Shown piece by piece: positions 13,003-24,812 of a DNA stretch of 64,000 nt. The notes below the pieces were generated by a model that searched no databases, was not told the origin of the DNA, and worked only from the letters and a program-made list of their open reading frames with translations. Both the position numbers and the translations under genes were made by a program. Numbering within the stretch: the first letter of the stretch is position 1; every line of letters starts with the position of its first letter. Source of the DNA: Flaccisagitta enflata (lineage: Eukaryota). The DNA lies in the NCBI GenBank assembly GCA_965153355.1, contig OZ231126.1:19034001-19098000 (forward strand), in the 5' to 3' direction.

Positions 13003-13298
13003 ACGAGAAGGAAGATAGTAGCAGGATTTTCTGTTTCATGAAAAAAGATGCAAGGAGGAAAAAATGACAGGCGAAAAAAGTGAAAAGAGTTTTCATAGTA
13101 TAATTTGCTTTTTCCGCGGCAGAAGCTATCAATTATTCCACCAAAATTTCTTCTATCTCAAAGCATTATACATTCTATCTTCTACAATCAATGTTCTCGC
13201 CATGGCATCAATTGCAACAATTTTTTTTTCAATTACTAAATGGCCCAGTCAGACTTGATTTTGTGACAGATTCCGCAGTTTCAATCTATTCCTTCGTC

Positions 13299-15695
13299 AT
13301 GGCTATCAGATTGACGGTCGGCTTCATTTTGATTTGTTTTTCAAGGAATGCCTTTGCCAATTGGGGTAACCATGACCGATTGGAAAACGAATGAGTAAAT
13401 GCTTTAGTTGCTGTGTTGGTTGGTCGGTCGGTCTGTCGGTCGGTTGTATGTCCGTTGATAACTCTTCGGAAATGTGACACAACTGGATGTCCGTATACAG
13501 TCAGCAGACAAAACACAATAGGTATATATATCACTCCGTTGGTTTTGATCCAACCCACTGATGTTGAACAAAATGCTGTAAACAACAACTGGTTGTTGAA
13601 ATTACAGCCGGCTGTTCAATAACAAAGTTGGCAAAAATCCAACTTTCACCAAATAGAATGAGATTTGCAGATTCATAATCCTGATGACATTCTGAAAAGT
13701 TTGATATGTCACAACATATATTTTTATATGAAATCTTTTTTTTCTAGAAATGTTTAATTTAATTATAATACAATGTTAAAAAAATTTTTTGACAAAAAAT
13801 GTTAAGTGTGACATGTCAAACTTCTCAATTTCATCAGATTACAATCTGGTGTCTTATTCTTTTGGTAAAAGTTGATTTTTTGCCAATTTGAACTGAACAG
13901 CCCTGCATCAACAACCAGGTTATTTACAGCATTCTGTTCAACATCAGTAGTGATCAAAATCAACAGGTGATATATATACCTATTGTGTTTTGTCCGCTGA
14001 CTGTATACACGGCCTTGTCTGAGAAAAAGAAAAAGAAAATATATTTTTTTCAACAAAAACAGCCACCGTGGTCCCTAGCTGTGGTAGGTAGGAAAAAATG
14101 ACTCAGCATAGTGACCTATTCTGGGTTGTTGCTTACATGTAGGTGCATCTCACCATACATGAAACTAAAAATTCTGTTGGGATTTTTTTGAAAAATATAC
14201 AAAAAACACAATTTTTTTTACAATTTATGCCATAAATCTTTGTGATCAATTTTTAGATAATTTTCGAGTTCAAAACTGAATTCAGATGATGTCTTCTGTT
14301 TTGTTTGATATGTCACACCATATACTTTTAAAGAAGAATAAAAAGTTCATTTTGTCTTTAAAATACTTAAAATGATATTTATTATTGTAGTATTATATTC
14401 AAAAAATGAACTTTCTTTCTTTCTTTGACAGTATATAGTGTGACATATCAAACGAAACAGAAAACATCATCTAAATTCAAATCTGAACTCGAAAATTATC
14501 TAAAAATTGATCACAGATTTATGGCACAAATTGTATAAAAAATTGTGTTTTTTGTATATTTTTCTAAAAAATCCCAACAGAATTTTTAGTTTCATGCATG
14601 GTGAGATGCACCTACATGTAAGCAACCACCTAGAATAGGTCACTATGCTGAGTCATTTTTTCCTACCTATCACAGCTAGGGAACACGGTGCAGCATTTAG
14701 CTAATTATTCAATAGGTTTTTTTACCAATTTTAGTATCAATGAATTCAATTGATATTCTGCTCATCGTTCCATCAATTCTGATAGAAGTAGGACAATCCT
14801 TAAAGTTGTGAATGTTTGGGCAAGGGCGGATAATACCATAAAAGAAGTTTGTGAACAATCAACGGAACATTTTTTTAGAATGATTTTCTCTTTCATTTGA
14901 TAGATAACTACACACAAGCCAAGGATGGTAACTTTTACCGTTTCCATACAACTAAGAAGAGTTGGGAAGATGCGAGGTCTACTTGCAAACAGGAGAGGAA
15001 AGGCGCAAGACTCGCCATCATTGACAACGAAATCTCACTTCAAGCTATAAGTGATGAAAATATTTTGCCATTGAATGATCCTTCTGACATGTGAGTTAAA
15101 GTTTTTTTTCTCAAAAGTATAGCTGTACTAGGCTGCATAAAGGATTCAAAGGATCACTCTAAACCGTCATGAAATTTTGGTCCTTTTTATTCGAATAACA
15201 GAAATCTCCTCTTTTATCCCTTGACATTCTTTATTGTGGGGTTCAACTGCACAACAATTCCATTGAAAAATAGATAATTATTCATTCTGCGTGTGGGAAA
15301 TCCATGACAATTCAACGGCCATTCATACAATTACAGAGGCATATATGAGAGTTTTTTGTTGTTTTTTTTTTTTTTTAATTCTGATTTGAATTTCAGGGTT
15401 TTCTTGGGAGCTTCAGACGCCGACAGCGAAGGAAAATGGTACTGGATCGATGAGAATGATGCAAAACATGATGGATCCTCAATTCCATGGGCCCCTGGGC
15501 AGCCCACTGGCAAGAACAGTCGAGATTGTCTAGCGGTGCAGTTGGAAACAACATTGAAATTGATCGACGGCGGCTGCACTAAAAACCATCCAAAAAAATT
15601 CTTGTGTCAACGTCAGCAGAAAAGTAAAGCTCAAGAGAAATTTGGTGGACATCAAATTGCTCAATTGTTACAGATAACTAATGATTGTTACTCTT

Positions 15696-15782
<87 letters not shown>

Positions 15783-16122
15783 ACAAGTTATCAGATACGA
15801 TGTCATGAAGGACAGTAATGCTGCAATTCTATTGCAACTCGAGCATCACGGACAGAAAGACGAAAAGACGGTTGGACAAAGATAAAGCGGGATAGACGGC
15901 TATATGGACGGAAAGACGGCGTGAGCGCATTTAGAATGAAAATTCTGCCTTACCCTCTACCTATTCAGACCCATGTGATGGAAATGGCAAAATCAAAACT
16001 GGCCTGTTTAAGAGAAAGGGTCAAATTTTGCATCCTCTGACGGCGTTTCACTTCTTGAGGTTCGAAAATTATAGTAAGATGCATCAACGCATTTGTTAGT
16101 ACAAACGTTTGAAAGTACGCCT

Positions 16123-16216
<94 letters not shown>

Positions 16217-16383
16217 TTATGATTTGCTCATTTCTATCTTTCCAATGCCGTTTGAAAATTTTTATCAGCGCGGCCTACTATCATCTCCAATCTGGTGGCA
16301 GCCTAACAAATGAAAATTGCGAGAAAATGAAAATGAAATCCGATGCATCAGAAGACGACATTCATTTCTCCTTAATCGGTTGA
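13299..16383 (+). CDS. Secreted C-type lectin paralogue 3 (exons 13299-13365, 14904-15090, 15397-15623, 15969-16059, 16269-16383; 228 aa)
   Basis: Signal-like MAIRLTVGFILICFSRNAFANW; DNYTQAKDGNFY..SWEDARSTC..GARLAII; VFLGASDADSEGKWYW..WAPGQPTG..RDCL..C..KFLCQR; NPCDGNGKIKTGLF; AAYYHLQSGG..NENCEKM. The 687-nt spliced frame is open, with the same intron phases as the paralogues. Confidence 0.9.
13498..14003. mobile_element. Foldback MITE, Tc1/mariner-like (TA TSD, CAGTCAGC..GCTGACTG), intron 1 of lectin 3
   Basis: TA|CAGTCAGCAGACAAAACACAATAGG ... CCTATTGTGTTTTGTCCGCTGACTG|TA. Most of the element is an imperfect palindrome. Confidence 0.8.
14064..14690. mobile_element. Near-perfect palindromic MITE with CAC..GTG termini and 4-bp TSD (CAGC), Chapaev-like
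   Basis: CAGC|CACCGTGGTCCCTAGCTGTGGTAGG ... CCTATCACAGCTAGGGAACACGGTG|CAGC; arms of ~300 bp are highly similar reverse complements. Confidence 0.85.
15697..15779. repeat. (GA)n microsatellite in intron 3 of lectin 3
   Basis: Read directly. Confidence 0.95.
16124..16214. repeat. (CA)n microsatellite in intron 4 of lectin 3
   Basis: Read directly. Confidence 0.95.
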
Positions 16384-16490
16384 TGATATGGGAAAGTAAT
16401 CACTAGAATGAATGGAATTTTCGATTTTAAACACCTTTCTCTTGAGGCAAGAGAGGATAAGAGAGGATAAGAGAGGATAAGAGGATAATA

Positions 16491-17463
16491 ACAATGGCAA
16501 AAAAAAAACCGGACAGTTACTTCTTTTACTCATAAATCCTTTGAAAATTCACCCAGCGTGCTGAAATTTTTACTGAAGTTACCTTTTAGTATCATTAGGC
16601 ATCACTGAAAAAATCAATGACCTGCTTCAAATAGTTTGAGAATTATAGATTTTTTAAAAGTGCTTGCCAGATGATCAGAAATTCAATCTGCACACATAAG
16701 AATTTACAAAAAAAGAATAAACAAACTTTAAAAAAACATACTAAATCTAGTCCGATTTTGATGAAATTTGAAGTGGAAGTAGACCACATCGTAAGCAGGC
16801 TGTGGTAAAAATTTTACTACGAAACTCCATTTATTTTAGCAGAAACAGCAAGTTTTCCTAAACTTTTTTTACGGTTATAAGAATGAAGTAAATGAAGATG
16901 AAATCCAAAATATAAATTGATGCTAAAGCCGTAGTTTTTAACCAATTATCATAATTTTTTAACTGGTGACTTTTGTACATATGGTTCATCTCCAGTAAAA
17001 TTTTGGTGAAGATTGAAGCATTTTTAGACCCCCAAATTGCAGAAATATTTCTACAGGTGGCTAAATATTTCTTATCCTGAGCAAGCTTACAATCAAGCAA
17101 TATCTACCCCACTAGACTTTATCTGAGTAGGAGCAAATTTTGCCTGGTATTAGTAAATAACACCATCAGACTACAGTTCAAAAATCATAACAAAACTCCC
17201 AAAACCTTTTGCACAATGTCAGTTTTACTAAAAATGGAATTATTTTGATGAAGGATAAATGTCATCTCTGGCAGTCAAAAAAAAGAGGTGACTTCAGTAA
17301 AAACGTGATTACGGCTGAAGTATTCAAGGGATTTTGATGAAATTTGAACCACACATAGTCCAAATCATGGTTATCATTCACTCTAAATTTTATGCAAATT
17401 GGTCAACATCTTCATATGTTTTTGCTCTCTCAAAATTTGTCCGGTTTTTTTTTTTGCCATTGT
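16491..17463. mobile_element. Non-autonomous TIR element (~970 bp; TA TSD)
   Basis: TA|ACAATGGC(A)nCCGGACA ... TGTCCGG(T)nGCCATTGT|TA, inserted in a GAGGATAA tandem that resumes on the far side. Confidence 0.7.
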
Positions 17464-19347
17464 TAGGATAAGAGAAAAGATCAAAAAGATATTACACATG
17501 CTGGCCATGCATGATTACTCACCCATTTTCGAGTGCAAGAGATAATTCAAGAATACACTGTTCTATTGATACAGTTTTGTAATTGATGTAGGTAATAGTT
17601 TTTGTATTCTTATGCAACTACACGGTGAATAGAAAATGCAATTGGCACTACTATTTCTATCTATGCTGCCGGTACATTTGGTGCTTTTGTAGCGTGGGAA
17701 AGACTAGTTTTAAGCAGGCCCAACATTGAAATCAATGAAAAGCTAAATTAGAAAAAAGTTACCTGTTGAAATACCAGTAATGGCGACTATTGCCGACCGG
17801 TAAAATTCGTTAGGGTGGTTTTTGTTTTGTTTTTTGTTTTTTTTGTTTTGTTTTTTTTTCAAATTCTTCTCTCTCCTCATTTTATTTTTTTTCTCTCCTC
17901 GTTTCATTTTTCTTTTCTCTCTCTCATTATCTTCACAGAAACATCACCATTGTTAGGAGGAGACAAGTGCTTGATAGAGCAAGGTCGGATACACGGCTAC
18001 CGAAGACGCGTGCGGGTGGACAAGGGGCCATATTTCAGATCACCAGACCATTTGGGCAGGAGCAGTGAGGTCAAAGAAATAAAATCATAAAAAGAAGTTA
18101 AGTGTGACCGACCGACCAACAAACGGACGGACAAAGTGGGTTGTAGAGTTGCGTGCACGCGACTAAAAAACGTTATTGATTACCCATCTAGTACGACCTG
18201 CTTTGAACGTGCTTCCTTGAACTTGAAGAAGCCATACTGAACAAATTATTCGATGTAATAGAGGACAAAGGAAAACATTCAATCCGATCTGCTGACATTT
18301 TGTTAGAGAACCATTATCGGTTTGTTATCATTGTTGCATTGATTTCTTTGTCCACGCTAACCGCTGCCACGGAACTCAAATTTTTCGATTGCCAAATGCT
18401 CAGTCATGATTCCCTTCATAGAAGGCGTTTAAGTCATAAGTGTATGGCACGGAATATCAAAGGGCTGTCGGCAACCGCTTTCAAGTCCGACAGTGCTTCA
18501 CGCTTGACAAGGTTTGCTACTTATTCAGTCTTTTTTACTCTTAAATCATATTCTCGTGTGAGAAGTGGCAGCCTAATTTGATAGAAAAACACACGTTTTT
18601 TCTCACTCTTCTCTAGAGTGTTTTGTTATGCTGCAGTTTTTCTTTTTCTTTTTTTTCAATCTTTTTTCATTTTTTGTCTTTTTTTTCTACTTGGCCTTGA
18701 GTCCGACAGGGATGTAAGTCCGACAAACAGTTGGCCGACGTCCCTCACATCCGTCCCTGTACACCCATAAGTTTACGTTTTTTCCTTTTTCTCGTGCTCT
18801 TGTCGGAGATGGCTTACAAATTTTTCCTTGGGCCCCCTGCGTCCGATTATTGAGCACACCAACCACTGAGAGAAATGACGATAAGAGGAAACGCGGTCTC
18901 AAATAAACAGAAACGTGATACACGCGATCCGCCTCGTTTGTAAACTAAGGATGCGGAAGCAATCGATTCCATTGCTTCCGCTCCATTTTGCGGTTTCAAA
19001 TACTAGTAGCTATCCCACCCACGATACTGGAACCAGTCCCTTGTAATACGTGGCCAAAATCGACGTTCATGCCATCAAACTTCCTTCCAACTTCGGTGTT
19101 TTATCGATCAATCGCCGTGACAACCAATGCAATGAAATTTAGTCGTTGCTCAATCAGACACACTCTCGTCCGTGGCAGAGAACTCGGAATGATTTCTCAA
19201 TAAGGACGGAAAAAACATCCATGAAATACCTTTAAATTGAAAAAAAAAAAACAAAAACTATTTGCTACGCAGACAAACACGCTATTGGCGACCGGTTTCA
19301 GATCAACGCAAAACGTCAACTAAGTCCAACTCAAAGAGAGAGAAATC

Positions 19348-21536
19348 ATGAAACCCATTCTGATACTCATCTCGTCGTTGACATGTTTGGTAGTCGGCGC
19401 CGTCTCAAATTGGGGTAAATTCAAACTCACGTTTGGAGCACATTGACTTTTTACATCAATTCAAAGCGCTTCCTTAATAGATATTTATTCAACATCAAAG
19501 ATATAACTTTCGATTGCTTTTGATGTTTTATAGACGACTACACTCAAGCATCGGATGGCAACTTCTATCGTTCTCTTGAGATAAAAACAAATTGGACTGA
19601 GGCGAGAGAAAAGTGCCGCAACGATTGGAAAGGAGCAAGACTCGCTATCCTCAACAATCATCAATCATACAATGCTGTACGAGAATTATATCATTCTACT
19701 CATAGATGGTAAACGATTTTTGCATAAAATTGTGTCTTCAGAGATTCTTGAAAATCCCAAATTCCGCATGTTCTTTCATTGCAAAATGGCAAATGCCTAA
19801 TCGACAATGACAAAGAAATAGATGATAGAATGTTTAAATATATAATATAATACTATAAACAAAACGATGCCAAGTAAGCCATTCGGATCATCAAATATTT
19901 AAATGACCATCCAACCAACCTACAGTGGGACATACACAACCGATTAGAGAGGTGATTTGGCTCACCTGAAAGAAAATATAACTCAAGAGATGACTGATAA
20001 ATTTTCTTTGATCTTTCTGCATTATAGGTTTTGGCTTGGAGCATCGGACAGTGACTCTGAAGATGAATGGTATTGGATAAATGAAGATGATGAAAAGGAA
20101 AATGTTTCTTTCAAAGCATGGCTGCCTGATGAGCCCAACGGAAAGACGAACGAAAATTGTTTAATGATGACAAAATCAGGAGATTGGATTGATTTAACAT
20201 GCAAACATGACGGAGTACCCTTGTGTCAAGTCCTGCAGAAACGTGAGTAAGACCCTACACTAATGGGTTGCCTGAATTAGATATCTGTGTTTCTTTTTCA
20301 ATCCCATTTAAAAAAAAAGTGCAATGCATGATTGAGTTTTTTTAAAACGACAAAAAATTTTCAAACCAAAATGAAGAGAAACAAGGCCAAAAAGGCCGAT
20401 AAGGTGCGACGTGTGGATAGTCGAACGAATGCGTTACCAACAGACAGACAGACCGACCGACAGACGGACAAAGCAAGTTATAGAGGTGCTTTGTCGCACC
20501 TAAAAATCAACGGGGATTGCATTGGCTATGTAGTGTGTTTGCATTTTCGTAAACAAACAGGGATTCAAAATTAATTTTCATCATAAGTATGGCAGATATT
20601 TCTTGCCTTCATGGTTCTCCCGATTTGTGTGGTAACCAGAACAAGGGCCAATAATTTGTTTTTTTATTTATCAGATATGATTGCTATCAAACAAATACCT
20701 CAGCCATGTTAATACGATCTTGGAAATGTTTAATTTGCGTCTTATTTCTTAACCAACTGCCACAGGTCCCTGTGTTCAAGACGGGAATGTCGTTGCTGGT
20801 TTATTCAAGAAAAAAGACGCGAAAGTTGAGCGTCTGGAAGTGCGCGATATTTTGACGTAAGTAATGCAATGTAACTTAGCTTGATTTTTCTCACAACAAA
20901 ACCACACTGTTTTTTTTTCTCAGAATTACTTGGTTTTGAAACGATTGATGATGTATTTGTTTCGCTCATTAAGATATAAGAGTCATTATTCATTACAGTC
21001 AGTGGACAAAACGGTATTTGTAGATATCTCAGCAGTGTGGCATATCTCAACCCCTTGTGATCACTCATTCTGAGATATTTCAACCCGTTGAGATCTCTCA
21101 TTCTGGCACATTTCAATATGTTGAGATCTCTCATGTCCAAGATTTATCTCAGTAGAATGAGACATCTCAACGCGTTGAAACGTGCCAGAATGAGAGATCT
21201 CAACGGGTTGAAATATCCCAGAATGAGTGATCTCAAGAGGTTGAGATATACCAAACTGCTGACATATCTACAAATACCAAAATGTCCATAGACTGCATTA
21301 GACCGTGAATGTATACGAAGTCACGTCCACCACGTCCGTGGACGTGGTAAAATTCGGTCATGAAATCCAGTAGGTCATGAATAACTTTATACTTCCGTAA
21401 CTGTTCCACCTTCAGCGCGGTTTTCGATTATTTTCAATCTGATGGGAACAAACACAACGAGAATTGCAACAATCGCAAATTCAAAGTTAAATCCAAGAAC
21501 GTCAACGCAGTTTTTAAAGCCATGGAGGCCAACTAG
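19348..21536 (+). CDS. Secreted C-type lectin paralogue 4 with EPN motif (exons 19348-19414, 19534-19708, 20028-20242, 20766-20856, 21416-21536; 222 aa)
   Basis: Signal-like MKPILILISSLTCLVVGAVSNW; DDYTQASDGNFY..NWTEAREKC..GARLAIL; FWLGASDSDSEDEWYW..WLPDEPNG..NENCL..WIDLTC..LCQ; RPCVQDGNVVAGLF; AVFDYFQSDG..NENCNN. The 669-nt spliced frame is open. Confidence 0.9.
20996..21295. mobile_element. ~300-bp palindromic MITE (CAGTC termini) in intron 4 of lectin 4
   Basis: CAGTCAGTGGACAAAA...AAATGTCCATAGACTG with internal inverted ~32-bp repeats. The same family occurs in opposite orientation at 58072-58299. Confidence 0.75.
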
Positions 21537-22497
21537 AGGCTATGGAAACAAGGCCAACACCTATAAGTCGCGTGCGAGACTTACAGATTGACTTAGAATG
21601 ACTAAGAATGTTTCAGTATACTCTTAAATGATTTTGAAGGACTTAAAGATATGAAATTGATAAAAAAAAAATAAAAGTGTGATGGACCGACAGACCGATG
21701 GACGGACAGACGGACAGACGGACAAAGCAGGGTGTAGAGTCGCGTGCACGCGACTAAAAAAACAGTCCAGTAACCCACAGGGAAAGGCATGATTTAACGG
21801 AATTGGGCAAGCTGGCCCGCGTTACCCACATGGCAGTCGCTCGCCCTCAATCGCAAACCCATCCAACCGACACAATTGAAATACTTACCAAAATTTGAAT
21901 TTACAACCTTTGCAAAATGGATTAAAAGACGATTTTGAAAGGAGTTTATTTTTCTTTTTAATGAAATAAAATTCATGATTGAATATTCACGATCATAGTT
22001 TTTACATTCATAGTACAGTCGAACACCGCTAGAGTGCACCCGCTAGTAAGGCAAGTCCAGTTTTTGTCCACTTGTAACAGGGTAAGGGACTGGGGGTTGG
22101 GGAGGTCAAGCTAAAATTCTTTTATTTGCTTAATTAAATGTATTTGAAACGACCTGAGGATCAGGTTGTCGTATTCTTCAACGTCATCGGCCGGTACCCG
22201 TGGATTCGCTGTCGAGGGAACTCACGTCTGCGACGAAGAATTGTAACGTCGTCTTGTCACGTCGTCTCGTCACGTCGTTCTCGTTACTCCGTCTTGTCAC
22301 GTCGTCTTGTCACGTCGACTTGTCACGTCTTCTTGTCAAATTCGTCTGGGTGTTGTCGACAACAAATCGACGGGCGCCTTACGCTTCATTTCTTTACCGT
22401 CAAAGACCCTTGACTAACGCTGCATTTTTATGTGTGCGTTTGGGAGTGATAGGGCAATGACGTGCAGCCAAAAACTCAGACTATTTCACGCCTAATC

Positions 22498-23685
22498 ATG
22501 ACTGATACGCTAGTCGTTAACGAAGTTCTTTGTTTCATTCAAAACAAAATCAATACAACGCCGAAAAATGAAATTGTTGACATATGCGCGAAATTTTTTC
22601 ACGTCGACGAAATCACGGCGGCAATCGCGACGCTTGAAACTTCCTTAAAAATTCGTCTTTCAAAAAGGAACAGATCCGACGACTTAAATTTAAAACTGCT
22701 CTCTGATGTTTACAAGCTTTGGTCTCTCGACGCGAACACAACTCAGATACCAAAATTCGTTGCATCTGACCTTTCTCGCATCCCTCAGGACAATCCCAAC
22801 TCGCTTGTGTCAATGGAGCAAGTTCTAGCTTCCATCCACAATATAAAAAACGACATGAAATTTATACAGTCGAAGATGCTCACTCGCGGCGATCTAGACG
22901 CAGCATTTGCAAAAGTGTCGACATTGCCGCCAACAGCATCATCTATATCACCTTTGTTGTTACCACCGACGTCATCATCATCATCTGCTGCTGCTGCTAC
23001 GGCGGCGGCAACTACGGCGGCGACGGCGTCAGCATCCACGACGTCGGCAACAACGACACCATCATCTTCGGCAGCGACTCCATCGACGGCGTCGCTGTTG
23101 GCAAATACAACAACATCGTGGTCTGCTGCTGTTGCATCTACAATGCAGCTGCCCGGATCGCCGCCTCCGATCTTTTCTCAGCCGACTGGGGTAGAAACTG
23201 CATCCGGGGAAGCAGATGTAGATCAGCGCCTCCCTCCAGTCTCTTCTCATCATCCTCCTCCTCCTCCTCAGCTTCCAAACAGGAAACAACGCGTCGCCTT
23301 CAATCAACGGCAACGCGGAAAAATGAAGGCGTCGACGACGACGAAAAATAACGGCAGGTCGTCGACGATCATTGGACAAAACGTCAGCGCCGGCATCATC
23401 TCGTTCAAAGGCGCCGATTTGACGGTCGCCAAATATATCGGTCACGCGGAAATCGGAACTAGGACCGAAGATATACAGAACTTACTAAGCAGTCACAACG
23501 TCGACATTGTCTCGTTGGACAAACTTGTCACGAAACACGATCGTTTCGCGTCATTTAAGCTTGTCATGAAAAAGTCGCAGCTTTCCATCGTTGAGGATCC
23601 GACGATATGGCCGTCGGGGATCTCCGTTGGGCGCTGGTGGGACCCGAAGGCTCCATTGGCTCCTACTGGCGCCGAATCCGAATAG
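22498..23685 (+). CDS. LINE ORF1 protein (395 aa from ATG 22498)
   Basis: N-terminal VNEVLCFIQNK...PKFVA.DLSRIP, a low-complexity S/T/A/P linker, and a C-terminal RRM-like block ...FASFKLVM...EDPTIWPSGISVGRW typical of invertebrate LINE ORF1s. No internal stops. Confidence 0.8.
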   Translation: MTDTLVVNEVLCFIQNKINTTPKNEIVDICAKFFHVDEITAAIATLETSLKIRLSKRNRSDDLNLKLLSDVYKLWSLDANTTQIPKFVASDLSRIPQDNPNSLVSMEQVLASIHNIKNDMKFIQSKMLTRGDLDAAFAKVSTLPPTASSISPLLLPPTSSSSSAAAATAAATTAATASASTTSATTTPSSSAATPSTASLLANTTTSWSAAVASTMQLPGSPPPIFSQPTGVETASGEADVDQRLPPVSSHHPPPPPQLPNRKQRVAFNQRQRGKMKASTTTKNNGRSSTIIGQNVSAGIISFKGADLTVAKYIGHAEIGTRTEDIQNLLSSHNVDIVSLDKLVTKHDRFASFKLVMKKSQLSIVEDPTIWPSGISVGRWWDPKAPLAPTGAESE

Positions 23686-23693
23686 ACTGAAAA

Positions 23694-23987
23694 ATGGCTG
23701 ACGACACTATCGCTCTGCGCATTAGGAGTTACAATATCAATGGATATGAGAATTCGAAGGAATGTCTTTTCCAAGACTGCGAGGATGATTCGTTTGACAT
23801 TCTGGCTGTTCAGGAACATTGGCTGCGTCCTTCGTTTAAAAAAGAAAAAGGGACAAACAAAATCCGATCTCTTCATCAACGCTTCGACGGATATGCGACT
23901 TCCGGCATGAAAAGTCAGGTTGGCAAATCCATTATGAAAGGAAGGCCATTTGGCGGCACCGGATTTATATTCAACAGAAAACTCTAA
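23694..23987 (+). pseudogene. Truncated LINE ORF2: N-terminal part of the APE endonuclease only (97 aa)
   Basis: SYNINGY, DILAVQEHWL and GRPFGGTGFIF are the first APE motifs. A stop and unrelated sequence follow, and no RT was found in the window. Confidence 0.85.
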
Positions 23988-24733
23988 CATAAAAACTTAA
24001 CGCTTTGAGTTGAGAATTTGTTCTTGGCGCCATTTAAAAAAAAACAAACTTGAAGCTCTTTAGTTTGCGCATGGATATCAAGAAGCTGTGACAATTCTGA
24101 GTTGCACCATGAACAAAAACGTTGAGACTAAAATTGCAATTGATAGTAGGAAAAAAAGCCGAAATTTGCACTTTTTTCAATCAGTAATATTTTTCTTCTA
24201 TCCGATGCCATTTCTAAATGAAAAAAGCTACCGAGACCAGCAACGTCGCATTTTGAAGATTTTTTGAAGATCTTTCAAATGGTCATAGATTTTCTATAGT
24301 TCAAGCCTTTGGTTTAGCAGAAATAAGAAAAACAAGTTATTTGGTTTTTTTCTTTGCCATAGTCACTTGTCATTCGGTTTTGAATGGTTGTTTTTCTTTC
24401 ATTGTGAATTATTGATTTATATTTTCCACATGGATAAATCTACAACGAACTCTAGATTTGACGATCCAGTTTTGTCTGCTTTTGATGAAAATCATTGCTT
24501 TTATTGATGTTTTGCTTGTTTATAAATCCTACTTTTATTCCATTTATTCAAACCATTATTCGTTTTCAAGTCAACCTTTCCATTTCCATTTTACATTTGC
24601 CCACAGATGGCGGGCCGCCTTATACCAATAATTTGTAAAATTAGATTTTTGTTTTTGTGTCTGTATGAAATTCATTATTGTTCAAATCTTCCTTATTTTC
24701 AGAAAATTTGCGATAGAATCTACAAAAACGATG

Positions 24734-24812
24734 GTACTGATACTGATACTGATACTGATACGGATACTGATACTGATACTGATACGGTGATACTGATGCT
24801 GATACTGATACT
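24734..24812. repeat. (GATACT)n hexanucleotide repeat
   Basis: Read directly. Confidence 0.9.

Larger units (their letters stand above)
22145..23987 (+). mobile_element. 5' part of a two-ORF non-LTR retrotransposon (LINE; RTE-X/CR1/L2-group-like), 3'-truncated
   Basis: CpG-rich 5' UTR with 13-bp tandem repeats (CGTCTTGTCACGT), then ORF1, then an APE endonuclease start, then an abrupt switch to AT-rich sequence. The 5' boundary is approximate. Confidence 0.8.

Noticed and set aside
20126-20160. Hammerhead-like CTGATGAG...GAAA
   Set aside because: It lies in the coding EPN loop of lectin 4 and lacks stems I and III. No hammerhead core was seen in the LTRs either, so the element is not called a retrozyme.
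22189-22240. HDV-like ribozyme in the LINE 5' UTR (starts GGCCGG)
   Set aside because: No complementary P1 strand or recognisable nested pseudoknot follows.
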